DNA of 24,000 nt from Agrobacterium sp. DSM 25558 (GCF_900100825.1 NZ_FMUD01000003.1:1459-25458); one strand, 5' to 3'. Shown: positions 9,358 through 18,152, counted from the stretch's first letter. Notes: generated by a model from the letters alone, not told the origin. Numbers and translations: made by a program.

Positions 9358-9547
9358 GCACGGCTGCGAGAAAAATTCATCCGGTTTTTTTTACCCAGTG
9401 GAAAAACCGTTAACTGCTGTTTTCTAAAGCAACATGCGCAAAAAAGTGCGGCGACGTTGCGATAACAATAAGCAATACCGAGAGGGCGGCAAAGGTCAGC
9501 GAAAAAAACCGCAATACCTTCGCCTCACCGCTGGTCGGCACAAAGAC

Positions 9548-10198
9548 TTAGCTGATATTGCAGCTCACGCCCGTTCCGCGAAGGCCGCAATAACCGCCGG
9601 GATTTTTCGCCAGATACTGCTGGTGATAGTCTTCTGCGTAATAAAACACGTCTAGTGGCTCAATTTCCGTGGTGATCGCCTGTCTGTGACCGGCATCCGT
9701 CAAGGCTTGCTGGAATACATCACGGGCGGCCTGGACCTCGGCCAACTGCGCGTCGCTGGTGGTATAGATGGCGGATCGATAGGTCGTGCCGACATCATTG
9801 CCTTGGCGCATGCCCTGCGTTGGGTCGTGCTCCTCGAAGAATGTCTTCAGCAATGCTGCCAGCGAAACCTTTGCCGGATCGAACACGACCTTCACCATCT
9901 CCGTGTGACCTGTCAGCCCCGTGGTCGTTTCCTGATAGGTGGGATTTCGTGTGATGCCGCCAGCATAGCCAACCGCTGTGACCCACACGCCCGGTGTTTG
10001 CCAGAACAGGCGTTCCGCACCCCAGAAGCATCCCATGCCGAGATAAATCGTCTCCAGATTATCCGGGTAGGGGCCTTTCAACGGATTGCCGTTGACGAAA
10101 TGATGTTCCGGGATCACCAACGGCTCATCGCGACCGGGATAGGCGGTTTCCGGTGTCGGCATGACGGTTTTTTTGGACATCGTATCAAATCCGAACAT
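9548..10198 (-). CDS. msrA: Peptide-methionine (S)-S-oxide reductase
   Basis: Catalytic motif GMGCFWG, plus GYAGG and YHQQYL. The track ORF extends to 10375, but ATG at 10198 is preceded by AAGGAGA and gives a 216-aa protein of normal MsrA size. Confidence 0.9.
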   Translation of the reverse strand: MFGFDTMSKKTVMPTPETAYPGRDEPLVIPEHHFVNGNPLKGPYPDNLETIYLGMGCFWGAERLFWQTPGVWVTAVGYAGGITRNPTYQETTTGLTGHTEMVKVVFDPAKVSLAALLKTFFEEHDPTQGMRQGNDVGTTYRSAIYTTSDAQLAEVQAARDVFQQALTDAGHRQAITTEIEPLDVFYYAEDYHQQYLAKNPGGYCGLRGTGVSCNIS

Positions 10199-10268
10199 TG
10201 CAGTCTCCTTGCGCGCCCAAACGGGGCCTCTTCTGGCTTCAGCATGAATGTGCGTGACTGTGGCCGGT

Positions 10269-10586
10269 TCAAGCGGCAAAGCGGCCCATGGCTCTGTGCT
10301 TCTTGTATCCAGCCATCCAGAACAGGAGAGACAGGATAAGAAGAACCGCAAAAGCCGGAACCATCGACAGGCCATTTTCGACCCAACGCCACGCTTCAGG
10401 ATGAATATAGTGCGCGACCCCGGCTTCTACCATGGTGACCGACGCAGGAAAAAATTTCACCCACGCATCCTGCGTGCTCATCAAATCGACGGATGACGTC
10501 GAGACAGAGCGGATCGAATCCAGAATGCCGACGCCAACTGCCGCAGCCAGAGCTATGAAGCTGATGAACCGGAAAACCGTTTTCAT
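10269..10586 (-). CDS. Small hypothetical membrane protein (about 105 aa, two predicted TM helices)
   Basis: From the internal ATG at 10586: [22 protein letters not shown]... with a second hydrophobic stretch [28 protein letters not shown] Shine-Dalgarno-like element lies upstream. The gene is co-directional with msrA and 70 nt upstream of it. I recognise no family. The longer track ORF (to 10718) has a non-protein-like N-terminus. Confidence 0.55.
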   Translation of the reverse strand: MKTVFRFISFIALAAAVGVGILDSIRSVSTSSVDLMSTQDAWVKFFPASVTMVEAGVAHYIHPEAWRWVENGLSMVPAFAVLLILSLLFWMAGYKKHRAMGRFAA

Positions 10587-10740
10587 GGAATGGCCGCTCC
10601 GATGATTATCGCAAAACCGCGGGCCGGTTGGCGCGCTATGTTTTGACCGAGAACCCTCTGGATAATGCGGCCAAACCGTCTTTGCAATCCACATCCGTAG
10701 CAAGCAATTGTTGCACAAATAAAAAAACTGTCAGATTCGG

Positions 10741-10769
10741 GTTGATCCCTGCGAATTCATCGGTATATA
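10741..10769 (+). promoter_or_regulatory. Putative sigma70-type promoter for tRNA-Ser
   Basis: GTTGAT (-35), a 17-nt spacer, then TATATA (-10) at 10764-10769. The -10 element lies about 50 nt upstream of the mature tRNA 5' end. Motif match only. Confidence 0.4.
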
Positions 10770-10819
10770 TCGCGCCGTTCCAGTGATTTGCAGTTTTCAC
10801 GAAATGCAGATGTTTAGAC

Positions 10820-10909
10820 GGACAGGTGGCCGAGTGGTTTAAGGCGCACGCCTGGAACGCGTGTGTGCGTGAAAGCGTACCGTGGGTTCGAATCCCACCC
10901 TGTCCGCCA
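10820..10909 (+). tRNA. tRNA-Ser, anticodon GGA, with encoded CCA end
   Basis: Cloverleaf folded by hand. Acceptor stem GGACAGG/CCTGTCC. Anticodon stem CACGC/GCGTG with loop CTGGAAC (anticodon GGA). Long type-II variable arm GTGCG-TGAAAG-CGTAC. T arm GTGGG-TTCGAAT-CCCAC. Discriminator G followed by CCA. Total 90 nt. Confidence 0.95.
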
Positions 10910-10991
10910 TCCCTTCAAGATGTTGACCAACAATCCGACAGCCCCAGCAAGGCTCGCGTTCTTTAGAACACGGCTGATGCGTGTCATTCGT

Positions 10992-12224
10992 TCAAACTGT
11001 CGTTTCCTTGAAAAGAACATTCTGGTCCAGAAGGTACCGTGAGAAGAGTGGCAGGCTTGCTCCTCCGATGGCGCGCGCTTGGCTGCCGACGGCACCTTCC
11101 AGTATTTCGGGCACCACTACCCCTTGAAGATCGTGCAAATCCAAAGCCTTACGGGTCGCATCGGTGATGCGCGTTCGGACCCAGCCCGGAAAACCGCCGT
11201 CGATGATGACTGATGCGAAATCGATGATCGAGGCTGCGGCGAGCACGGCCTGCGCAAGGGCTGCGGCCGTATTTTGTATCCAGCGTTCCAGCGGCTCGCC
11301 GAAATCGACCCAGTCATCAGGGGAAAACCACAGAGGTTTGGGGTCGATGTGGTTTTCACGCAGCATGTCTTCCAGAACGAAGATAGAGGCGATCTTGAGC
11401 AGCGGAACGGTGGAGCCATCGCGCCCTTGAACGGGAAGGGGCCCGATGGCACCCGCAGCACCGGTTCGCCCGGAAAACAGGGCGGAGTTCAGCACGACGC
11501 CTCCTCCGATGAACGATCCTATGAAAACATAGAGAAAATCAGGGTAGTTCTGGCCTAGGCCAAAAACCAGTTCTGCACCGCAGGCGCTGGTGGCATCGTT
11601 TTGGAGAAAAACCGGGTAGCTAACCTGATTGGCGATTTCGGCCCTGAGATCCACGCCGCGCCAACGATCCATTTCCTTTTGTGGCGCACCAACTTCCTTT
11701 GCCCAGCTCCACATTTCGAAGGGCGCTGCGATGCCTATACCGGCAATCCTCTCGCGTTCATCCGGGGTCAAGCGTGCTTCCAGCTCCGCCATTCCATTGA
11801 TCAAAAACGGCAATATCCACTCGGGCATGGGGTAGGGGTAGGTATTGCGCAACTTTAGCCTGATCCGGCCGACGAAATCCATCAGGACGAGATCCACACT
11901 GCGCCGGCCGATCTTGACGCCGAATGAAAACACCGCATCCGGGTTCAGCCTCATCGGCGTAGACGGTTGGCCGACCTTACCGCGCAAGCGTTCGCCGCGA
12001 ATGAGCAGTCCGTCACTTTCCAGCGAGCGCATGATGACGGAGACGGTTTGTGCCGAAAGGCCACTTCTGCGGGCGATTTCCGCTTTCGAAAGGCCGCTGT
12101 GCCGACGCACGAGGGAGAGAACGAGGCGCTCATTATAGGCGCGCACGCGAACCTGATTGGCCCCGCCACTCAGATCCGGCACATTCGCTGGCGCGTGCCG
12201 GGTGGCTTCCGCTGAGCGTGTCAT
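10992..12224 (-). CDS. frcR: ROK-family transcriptional regulator, divergent from the fructose-type ABC operon
   Basis: N-terminal winged-helix region (NERLVLSLVRRHSGLSKAEIARRSGLSAQTVSVIMRSLESDGLL) followed by a ROK sugar-kinase-like fold. ATG at 12224 is preceded by GGGAGGAAAAGA. The track ORF start at 12350 is a TTG with an implausible N-terminus. The symbol is given by analogy to the Sinorhizobium frc locus. Confidence 0.78.
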   Translation of the reverse strand: MTRSAEATRHAPANVPDLSGGANQVRVRAYNERLVLSLVRRHSGLSKAEIARRSGLSAQTVSVIMRSLESDGLLIRGERLRGKVGQPSTPMRLNPDAVFSFGVKIGRRSVDLVLMDFVGRIRLKLRNTYPYPMPEWILPFLINGMAELEARLTPDERERIAGIGIAAPFEMWSWAKEVGAPQKEMDRWRGVDLRAEIANQVSYPVFLQNDATSACGAELVFGLGQNYPDFLYVFIGSFIGGGVVLNSALFSGRTGAAGAIGPLPVQGRDGSTVPLLKIASIFVLEDMLRENHIDPKPLWFSPDDWVDFGEPLERWIQNTAAALAQAVLAAASIIDFASVIIDGGFPGWVRTRITDATRKALDLHDLQGVVVPEILEGAVGSQARAIGGASLPLFSRYLLDQNVLFKETTV

Positions 12225-12487
12225 TCTTTTCCTCCCGATGACGACATTTAAGCCGCCAGTATCTGCACTTCGGAACCACCATGTTTGCGAAAAGCAGTGC
12301 CTCCAAACACACTTTTCAATGGTTACGAAAATCATAAAATGCCACAACAAATTAATAATTCAATTGGATTTATTTATTGACAGGGTGCAGTTTTGATGTT
12401 TCCATCTGCGCCAGTGGCACCCGATCTAGGAGGAGAAGGGCCGCAAAAGTCGCTTCGACAAGAAGCACTCATCACTGGGAGGACTAC
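12225..12487. promoter_or_regulatory. Divergent promoter/operator region between the ROK regulator and the binding-protein gene
   Basis: 263-nt gap containing the most AT-rich stretch I noticed in the window (AAATCATAAAATGCCACAACAAATTAATAATTCAATTGGATTTATTTATTGACAGG). It also has an 11-bp palindrome AATTAATAATT and a consensus -35 hexamer TTGACA at 12377-12382 on the + strand. Confidence 0.5.
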
Positions 12488-13510
12488 ATGAAAAGCACCG
12501 TTTCCGCCTTTCTCGGCGCGCTTGCGCTTGGCGTTTCTTTTGCATCTGTCGCATCCGCTGCCGACACTTCGGCCTGCCTCATCACCAAGACGGACACGAA
12601 CCCATTCTTCGTAAAAATGAAGGAAGGCGCGACAGCCAAGGCCAAGGAACTCGGCGTTACGCTGAAATCCTATGCCGGTAAAGTTGATGGCGACTCCGAG
12701 AGCCAGGTTGCCGCGATCGAGTCCTGCATTGCCGATGGCGCAAAGGGCATCCTGATTACCGCATCCGACACCAAGGGCATCGTCCCGACCATCAAGAAGG
12801 CCCGCGACGCTGGCATTCTCGTCATCGCGCTCGACACACCGCTTGACCCAATCGCGTCTGCAGATGCGACGTTCGCAACGGACAACCTGCTCGCGGGCAA
12901 GCTGATCGGCGAATGGGCAAAGGGAACGATGGGCGACAAGGCGAAGGACGCTAAAGTCGGCTTCCTCGACCTGACGCCTGACCAGCCAAGCGTCGACGTT
13001 CTGCGTGACCAGGGCTTCATGATCGGCTTCGGCATCGATCCGAAAGACCCGAACAAAATCGGCGATGAAGTCGATCCACGCATCGTTGGCCATGATGTGA
13101 CCAACGGCAATGAAGAAGGCGGCCGCAAGGCTATGGAAAACCTTCTCCAGAAGGATCCAGGCATCAACGTCATTCACACCATCAACGAACCTGCTGCTGT
13201 TGGCGCTTATCAGGCCCTGAAGGCTGTCGGCATGGAAAAGAACGTGCTCATCGTTTCCGTTGACGGCGGTTGCCCCGGCGTGAAATCGGTTCAGGACGGC
13301 GTGATCGGTGCGACATCTCAGCAATATCCTCTGATGATGGCAGCGCTGGGCGTGGAAGCGATCAAGAAGTTTGCCGACACGGGTGAGAAGCCAAAGCCAA
13401 CCGAAGGCAAGTCGTTCTTCGACACGGGCGTTTCGCTCGTTACCGACAAGCCGGTTTCCGGCGTGCCAGCCATCAGCGTCAAGGAAGGCCTTGCCAAGTG
13501 CTGGGGCTAA
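12488..13510 (+). CDS. frcB: Periplasmic sugar-binding protein of a CUT2-type ABC transporter (fructose-binding FrcB-like)
   Basis: ATG at 12488 after GGGAGG. Signal peptide [26 protein letters not shown]. It is a periplasmic-binding-protein type I sugar binder ([17 protein letters not shown]..., IALDTP, VSVDGG). The B-C-A-K gene order with a divergent ROK regulator matches the frc locus described in Sinorhizobium meliloti. Confidence 0.8.
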   Translation: MKSTVSAFLGALALGVSFASVASAADTSACLITKTDTNPFFVKMKEGATAKAKELGVTLKSYAGKVDGDSESQVAAIESCIADGAKGILITASDTKGIVPTIKKARDAGILVIALDTPLDPIASADATFATDNLLAGKLIGEWAKGTMGDKAKDAKVGFLDLTPDQPSVDVLRDQGFMIGFGIDPKDPNKIGDEVDPRIVGHDVTNGNEEGGRKAMENLLQKDPGINVIHTINEPAAVGAYQALKAVGMEKNVLIVSVDGGCPGVKSVQDGVIGATSQQYPLMMAALGVEAIKKFADTGEKPKPTEGKSFFDTGVSLVTDKPVSGVPAISVKEGLAKCWG

Positions 13511-13533
13511 TAGCCTCTATCGATTAACGCGCG

Positions 13534-13558
13534 CTGGCCGGGACCAAATCCCGGCCGG
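13534..13558 (+). promoter_or_regulatory. Intercistronic GC-rich stem-loop after the binding-protein gene
   Basis: CTGGCCGGGA-CCAAA-TCCCGGCCGG. The core is an 8-bp perfect GC-rich stem, extendable to 10 bp with one G-T pair. It starts 24 nt after the frcB stop and has no following T-tract. Confidence 0.5.
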
Positions 13559-13644
13559 TTCCGTCCCAAAGATTTCGCTGTCAGATTACCCGGCTCAATA
13601 ACGGGCGCCTTGAATGGCTGTGCTGGCGGGCGGCAGGAGGAAAC

Positions 13645-14709
13645 ATGAGCGGAATACAGGAATTCGAGAAAGTGCTGGATTCAAGCGACAAGAATGTCGC
13701 TTCCTTCGACCAGCAAAAGATTTCACCCTTTAAACGCGCGCAGCACTTCCTGCACTCGACCCCTGCGGCGGTGCCGCTGATCGTGTTGATATTGTCGGTC
13801 GCCATCTTTGGTCTCACCATCGGCGGGCGCTTCTTTTCTTCCTATACGCTGACGCTCATTCTGCAGCAGATTGCCGTCGTCGGTATTTTGGGCTCAGCAC
13901 AGACGCTGATCATTCTGACCGCCGGTATCGACCTTTCGATTGGCGTCGTGATGGTCATTTCATCCGTCGTCATGGGCAATTTTGCTGTCACCTACGGCTT
14001 GCCGACAGGCATTGCGATCCTCGCAGGCTTTGTGGTTGGCGGATTGTGCGGCTTCTTCAACGGCTTCCTTGTCGCGGTTGTCAAATTGCCTCCCTTCATC
14101 GTCACGCTGGGATCATGGAATATCGTCATGGCGACGAATTTCATCTATTCCGCAAACGAGACGATACGTGACGCGGATGTGGCGCAGAGTGCGCCGCTGC
14201 TTCATATCTTTGCCACGAACTTTCGTGTTGGAACCGCAATCTTCACGCTTGGCGTGATTGCCATGGTCCTGCTGGTCGCTTTTCTTTGGTACGTCCTCAA
14301 TCACACGGCATGGGGTCGCCACGTCTATGCGGTGGGTGATGATCCCGAGGCGGCAAAACTGTCCGGCATTCAGACGCGCAAGGTTCTCTTGAGTGTTTAT
14401 ACGGTTGCCGGCGTTATCGCAGCCTTTGCCGCCTGGGTCGCTATCGGTCGTAACGGTTCGATTTCACCGTCTGCTGCGGTGACCGACTATAACCTTCAGG
14501 CCATTACGGCGACGGTTATCGGCGGTATCTCCTTGTTCGGTGGGCGCGGTTCCATTCTCGGCACGCTGTTTGGCGCGATGCTGGTAGGTGTCGTGTCCAT
14601 GGGTCTCAACATGCTCGGTGCAGACCCGCAATGGAAAGTCATGTTGACCGGCTGGCTGATCATCGCCGCCGTCGGAATTGACCAATGGATCAGAAAGGCA
14701 GGCGTGTGA
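13645..14709 (+). CDS. frcC: Sugar ABC transporter permease (FrcC-like, ribose/fructose CUT2 family)
   Basis: 354 aa polytopic membrane protein. GGAGGAAAC lies upstream of the ATG. The conserved cytoplasmic-loop region HTAWGRHVYAVGDDPEAAKLSGI is typical of RbsC-type permeases. Confidence 0.8.
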   Translation: MSGIQEFEKVLDSSDKNVASFDQQKISPFKRAQHFLHSTPAAVPLIVLILSVAIFGLTIGGRFFSSYTLTLILQQIAVVGILGSAQTLIILTAGIDLSIGVVMVISSVVMGNFAVTYGLPTGIAILAGFVVGGLCGFFNGFLVAVVKLPPFIVTLGSWNIVMATNFIYSANETIRDADVAQSAPLLHIFATNFRVGTAIFTLGVIAMVLLVAFLWYVLNHTAWGRHVYAVGDDPEAAKLSGIQTRKVLLSVYTVAGVIAAFAAWVAIGRNGSISPSAAVTDYNLQAITATVIGGISLFGGRGSILGTLFGAMLVGVVSMGLNMLGADPQWKVMLTGWLIIAAVGIDQWIRKAGV

Positions 14710-15503
14710 TGACTGTTGATATGACCAAGCAACCCATTCTTTCCGCCCATGGTCTCGTCAAGCGTTATGGCCGCGTGACCGCTCTCGACAATGCGGATTT
14801 CGATCTCTATCCGGGCGAAATCCTTGCCGTCATCGGCGACAATGGTGCGGGAAAATCCTCGCTGATCAAGGCTCTGTCGGGCGCTGTGCGTCCTGATGAA
14901 GGCGAGATCAGGTTGGATGGCAAGCCAGTGCAGTTCAAAACGCCGCTCGAAGCCCGCGATGCTGGCATCGAGACCGTCTATCAGAACCTTGCGCTTTCAC
15001 CTGCCCTGTCGATCACGGACAATATGTTCCTGGGGCGTGAGCTCAGAAAACCGGGTTTTATGGGCACGGTCCTGCGCAAGCTCGACCATGCGGCCATGGA
15101 CAAGTTCGCCCGCAACAAGCTCTCCGAACTCGGGCTGATGACCATTCAAAACATCAACCAGTCGGTGGAAACCCTGTCGGGTGGCCAGCGTCAGGGTGTG
15201 GCCGTTGCAAGAGCTGCGGCTTTCGGCTCCAAGGTCGTTATTCTGGATGAGCCGACGGCGGCCCTGGGTGTGAAGGAAAGCCGGCGCGTGCTGGAGCTTA
15301 TTCTGGACGTTCGCTCCCGTGGCATGCCCATCGTGCTCATCTCGCACAACATGCCGCATGTGTTTGAAGTCGCAGACCGCATTCACATTCACCGGCTTGG
15401 AAAGCGTCTCTGCGTCATAAACCCGAAGGAATTCACGATGTCGGATGCGGTTGCCTTCATGACGGGTGCCAAGGAGCCTCCAAGGGAAACTATGGCCGCA
15501 TGA
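14709..15503 (+). CDS. frcA: Sugar ABC transporter ATP-binding protein (single ABC domain, FrcA-like)
   Basis: Walker A GDNGAGKSS, signature LSGGQRQ, Walker B VVILDEPT, H-loop SHN. ATG at 14709 overlaps the frcC stop (TGATG). The track ORF start at 14685 would overlap frcC by 25 nt. Confidence 0.85.
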   Translation: MTVDMTKQPILSAHGLVKRYGRVTALDNADFDLYPGEILAVIGDNGAGKSSLIKALSGAVRPDEGEIRLDGKPVQFKTPLEARDAGIETVYQNLALSPALSITDNMFLGRELRKPGFMGTVLRKLDHAAMDKFARNKLSELGLMTIQNINQSVETLSGGQRQGVAVARAAAFGSKVVILDEPTAALGVKESRRVLELILDVRSRGMPIVLISHNMPHVFEVADRIHIHRLGKRLCVINPKEFTMSDAVAFMTGAKEPPRETMAA

Positions 15504-16129
15504 CTATGACACTCGGTACGCTGACCGACGCTATCCTGCAGCGCGCGTCGGGACATTCCCGCTTCATCGTCGCCATTGCCGGTCCCCCAGGGGCCGGCAA
15601 ATCCACTTTGGCCGATGCACTTTACAGCGAACTGATCAAGCGTAGCGAAAAAGCCGAAGTTCTGCCCATGGACGGGTTCCATATGGACAACGGCATTTTA
15701 CGTGAGCGCGGCCTTCTCTCCCGCAAGGGAGCTCCTGAAACGTTCGACGTGCGCGGTTTCTTTGATATCGTAACCGCGGTGCGAAAGGCGGATCAGGACG
15801 TTCTGGTACCGGTCTTCGACCGCTCGCGGGAAATCGCCATTGCATCCGCACGCTCCGTCTCTTCTGAAACACGGTTCATTTTGGCGGAAGGCAACTATCT
15901 TCTGCTGAATGAGGAGCCATGGGTGCGACTGAAAAACAGCTTCGATTTTTCCATTTTCGTCGGACCGACCGTCGAGGTTCTGGAGCAGCGTTTACGAGAT
16001 CGCTGGATCGGATACGGGCTGGACGACGCTGGCATTGCCGCAAAACTCTATGAAAACGATCTGCCGAATGGCAAACGCGTGGTTCAGAATTCGCAAGAGG
16101 CGGACATCAAGATCGACATCTGGGAGTAG
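15500..16129 (+). CDS. frcK: P-loop kinase of the nucleoside/uridine kinase-PRK-like fold (FrcK / YggC-like 'fructose transport system kinase')
   Basis: 209 aa. Walker A AGPPGAGKST near the N-terminus. The start overlaps the frcA stop (ATGA). Its position as the last gene of the frc-type operon matches FrcK. Confidence 0.7.
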   Translation: MTMTLGTLTDAILQRASGHSRFIVAIAGPPGAGKSTLADALYSELIKRSEKAEVLPMDGFHMDNGILRERGLLSRKGAPETFDVRGFFDIVTAVRKADQDVLVPVFDRSREIAIASARSVSSETRFILAEGNYLLLNEEPWVRLKNSFDFSIFVGPTVEVLEQRLRDRWIGYGLDDAGIAAKLYENDLPNGKRVVQNSQEADIKIDIWE

Positions 16130-16225
16130 GGGTTTCTGCTCCTTGTCCCGCTCGATTGGTGAAATTTGATTCCGATTTTTCAGCGTATGTTGTAGGTCAT
16201 GATCCATGACGATTCTGGATGCGGC

Positions 16226-17350
16226 ATGACTGCCAAGGTTTTCCTCACAAGGTTGAAACTGAACGCGTTTCGCAATTATGCGGAGGCTTCATTGCGTCTG
16301 GACCAGCGGCATGTTGTGCTGACGGGCGATAATGGTTCCGGCAAGACCAACCTGCTAGAGGCGATTTCCTTTTTGTCGCCGGGGCGGGGTTTGCGTCGTG
16401 CGACCCTGTCCGATGTTACCCAGGTGGGTGCGGAAAACATCGGCTTTTCGATCTTTGCTGAAGTCACCGGCATGGATGGCGACGTCGCGATTGGTACCGG
16501 TGTCGAGGGCGAAGGCGAGGCTCTTTCCCGCCGGCTGCGGCTGAATGGGACACCGGTCAGATCCGTGGACGAATTGACCGACCACCTCCGTGTCTTGTGG
16601 CTGACACCTTCCATGGACGGGCTTTTCACCGGCTCGTCGTCTGACCGCCGTCGTTTTCTCGACCGGCTGGTTTTGTCACTCGATCCCAGTCATGGACGCC
16701 GTGCCAGTGATTTCGAAAAAGCCATGCGTGGCCGCAATCGCCTGTTGTCAGACGGACGTTTCGATCCGGTCTGGCTGGAAGGCATCGAAAAGCAAATGGC
16801 CGAACTCGGCATTTCCATGGCCGTTGCGCGTCACGAGATGCTGGGCCTGTTGAGAGCGCTGATCGAGAGCCGTGGCAATGATGCGAATTTCCCGACCGCT
16901 TTGCTAACGTTGTCCGGATTCATGGACGGCGAATTTCACCGCCCCGCCGTCGATTTGGAGGATGAATATCTCGCGCTGTTGAAGGACAATCGTTATCGCG
17001 ATGCCGGTGCCGGGCGCACGCTGGATGGGCCGCACCGTGCCGACCTTTACGTCCGCCATGCTGAAAAGGATATGGATGCTGGCCGCTGTTCCACGGGTGA
17101 ACAGAAAGCTCTGCTTGTTGGTTTGATCCTGGCTCATGCACAATTGACAGCCAATATGACGGGCCATGCGCCGGTGTTGTTGCTGGATGAGATCGCTGCC
17201 CATCTGGATGAAGGCCGCCGCGCCGCACTGTTTGATCTCATTCACGCACTGGGAGGTCAAAGCTTCATGACCGGAACGGATGCATCGATGTTTTCAGGGT
17301 TGCAGGACAGGGCACAGTTTTTCAACGTTTCCGATGGAAGCATCGGATGA
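16226..17350 (+). CDS. recF: DNA replication and repair protein RecF
   Basis: LTRLKLNAFRNY N-terminal motif, Walker A GDNGSGKTNLLEA, signature-like STGEQKAL, Walker B LLLDEIAAHLD. The start was chosen at ATG 16226 (MTAKVFLTRL...). An upstream ATG at 16199 is also possible. Confidence 0.88.
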   Translation: MTAKVFLTRLKLNAFRNYAEASLRLDQRHVVLTGDNGSGKTNLLEAISFLSPGRGLRRATLSDVTQVGAENIGFSIFAEVTGMDGDVAIGTGVEGEGEALSRRLRLNGTPVRSVDELTDHLRVLWLTPSMDGLFTGSSSDRRRFLDRLVLSLDPSHGRRASDFEKAMRGRNRLLSDGRFDPVWLEGIEKQMAELGISMAVARHEMLGLLRALIESRGNDANFPTALLTLSGFMDGEFHRPAVDLEDEYLALLKDNRYRDAGAGRTLDGPHRADLYVRHAEKDMDAGRCSTGEQKALLVGLILAHAQLTANMTGHAPVLLLDEIAAHLDEGRRAALFDLIHALGGQSFMTGTDASMFSGLQDRAQFFNVSDGSIG

Positions 17351-17390
17351 TAATGCTTACATCCTCTTAAAAATCACCGGAGACGCGATT

Positions 17391-18152
17391 TTGGATCCCT
17401 TGAGCCCAGAGGAAATCGAACGCTACAAACGACATATCCTGTTGCCGGAAATCGGCGGCGTCGGGCAGCAGCGGCTGAAAGCGGCGAAAGTGCTGGTTAT
17501 CGGTGCGGGCGGTCTGGGAGCGCCGGTTCTTTATTATCTGGCGGCGGCAGGCGTCGGAACGCTTGGCATCATTGATGATGACGTCGTCTCTCTATCCAAT
17601 CTCCAGCGCCAGGTCATTCATGATACAGGCACGATTGGCGAGCAGAAGACCGAAAGCGCGCGTCGGTCTATCGCGCGACTCAACCCGCACGTGCGGACAA
17701 TCCATTTCGAAGAGCGCTTCTCTATTGTCTGGGCACATGATCATCTGAAGTCCTTCGATCTGGTCATCGATGGCTCCGACAATTTCGATACCCGCTATGC
17801 CGCAGCGGATGCGGCAGAGACAGCCAAAGTGCCGCTGGTGACGGGCGCAGTGGGTCGATTCGATGGTTCCGTGACGGCTCTCAAACCCTATGAGATAGGC
17901 CCCGAGGGCGTGCTATTACCCGGCTACCGGGATTTGTTCCCAACGCCCCCGCCGCAGGGCGTGGTGCCGTCTTGTGCCGAAACCGGTATCATTGGAGCGC
18001 TGACCGGCGTTATCGGCACGATCATGGCGATGGAAGCGATCAAACTTATCACGCAGACAGGCGAGCCGCTGTTGGGGCGCTTGCTTCTATACGATGCGCT
18101 GGAATGCCGCTTCGACACGGTTCGTTACAAGCGCCGACAGGAAAAGGCGTAA
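17391..18152 (+). CDS. moeB: Molybdopterin-synthase adenylyltransferase / ThiF-MoeB-HesA family E1-like enzyme
   Basis: LSPEEIERYKRHILLPEIGGVGQQRL, Rossmann motif VIGAGGLGAP, DDDVVSLSNLQRQ, DGSDNF.TRY and PSCAETGIIGALTGVIG. The start is uncertain. TTG at 17391 has GGAG 8 nt upstream and gives about 253 aa, like MoeB. The in-frame ATG at 17334 would overlap recF by 17 nt. There is no rhodanese or peptide-clamp extension. Confidence 0.75.
   Translation: MDPLSPEEIERYKRHILLPEIGGVGQQRLKAAKVLVIGAGGLGAPVLYYLAAAGVGTLGIIDDDVVSLSNLQRQVIHDTGTIGEQKTESARRSIARLNPHVRTIHFEERFSIVWAHDHLKSFDLVIDGSDNFDTRYAAADAAETAKVPLVTGAVGRFDGSVTALKPYEIGPEGVLLPGYRDLFPTPPPQGVVPSCAETGIIGALTGVIGTIMAMEAIKLITQTGEPLLGRLLLYDALECRFDTVRYKRRQEKA

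Noticed and set aside
9434-9655. A 73-aa, highly basic ORF (MRKKVRRRCDNNKQYREGGKGQRKK...) in the msrA-downstream region.
   Set aside because: It runs antisense into the msrA 3' end, has no SD, and its composition reflects A-rich intergenic sequence rather than a protein.
10820-12350. tRNA-Ser as a possible integration site for a genomic island.
   Set aside because: No integrase, no direct repeat of the tRNA 3' end that I could see, and no compositional break. The flanking genes are a complete sugar-utilisation locus and housekeeping genes.
9548-12350. Extended N-termini given by the ORF track for msrA (to 10375), the small membrane protein (to 10718) and the ROK regulator (to 12350). Similar extensions occur for the ABC ATPase (8242), frcB (12377), the GNAT (17972) and the AEC transporter (21598).
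   Set aside because: The extensions start at TTG/GTG or distant ATG codons, overlap neighbouring genes or promoters, and encode non-homologous Cys/Trp/Arg-rich peptides. Internal ATGs with Shine-Dalgarno sequences give canonical protein lengths and N-termini.
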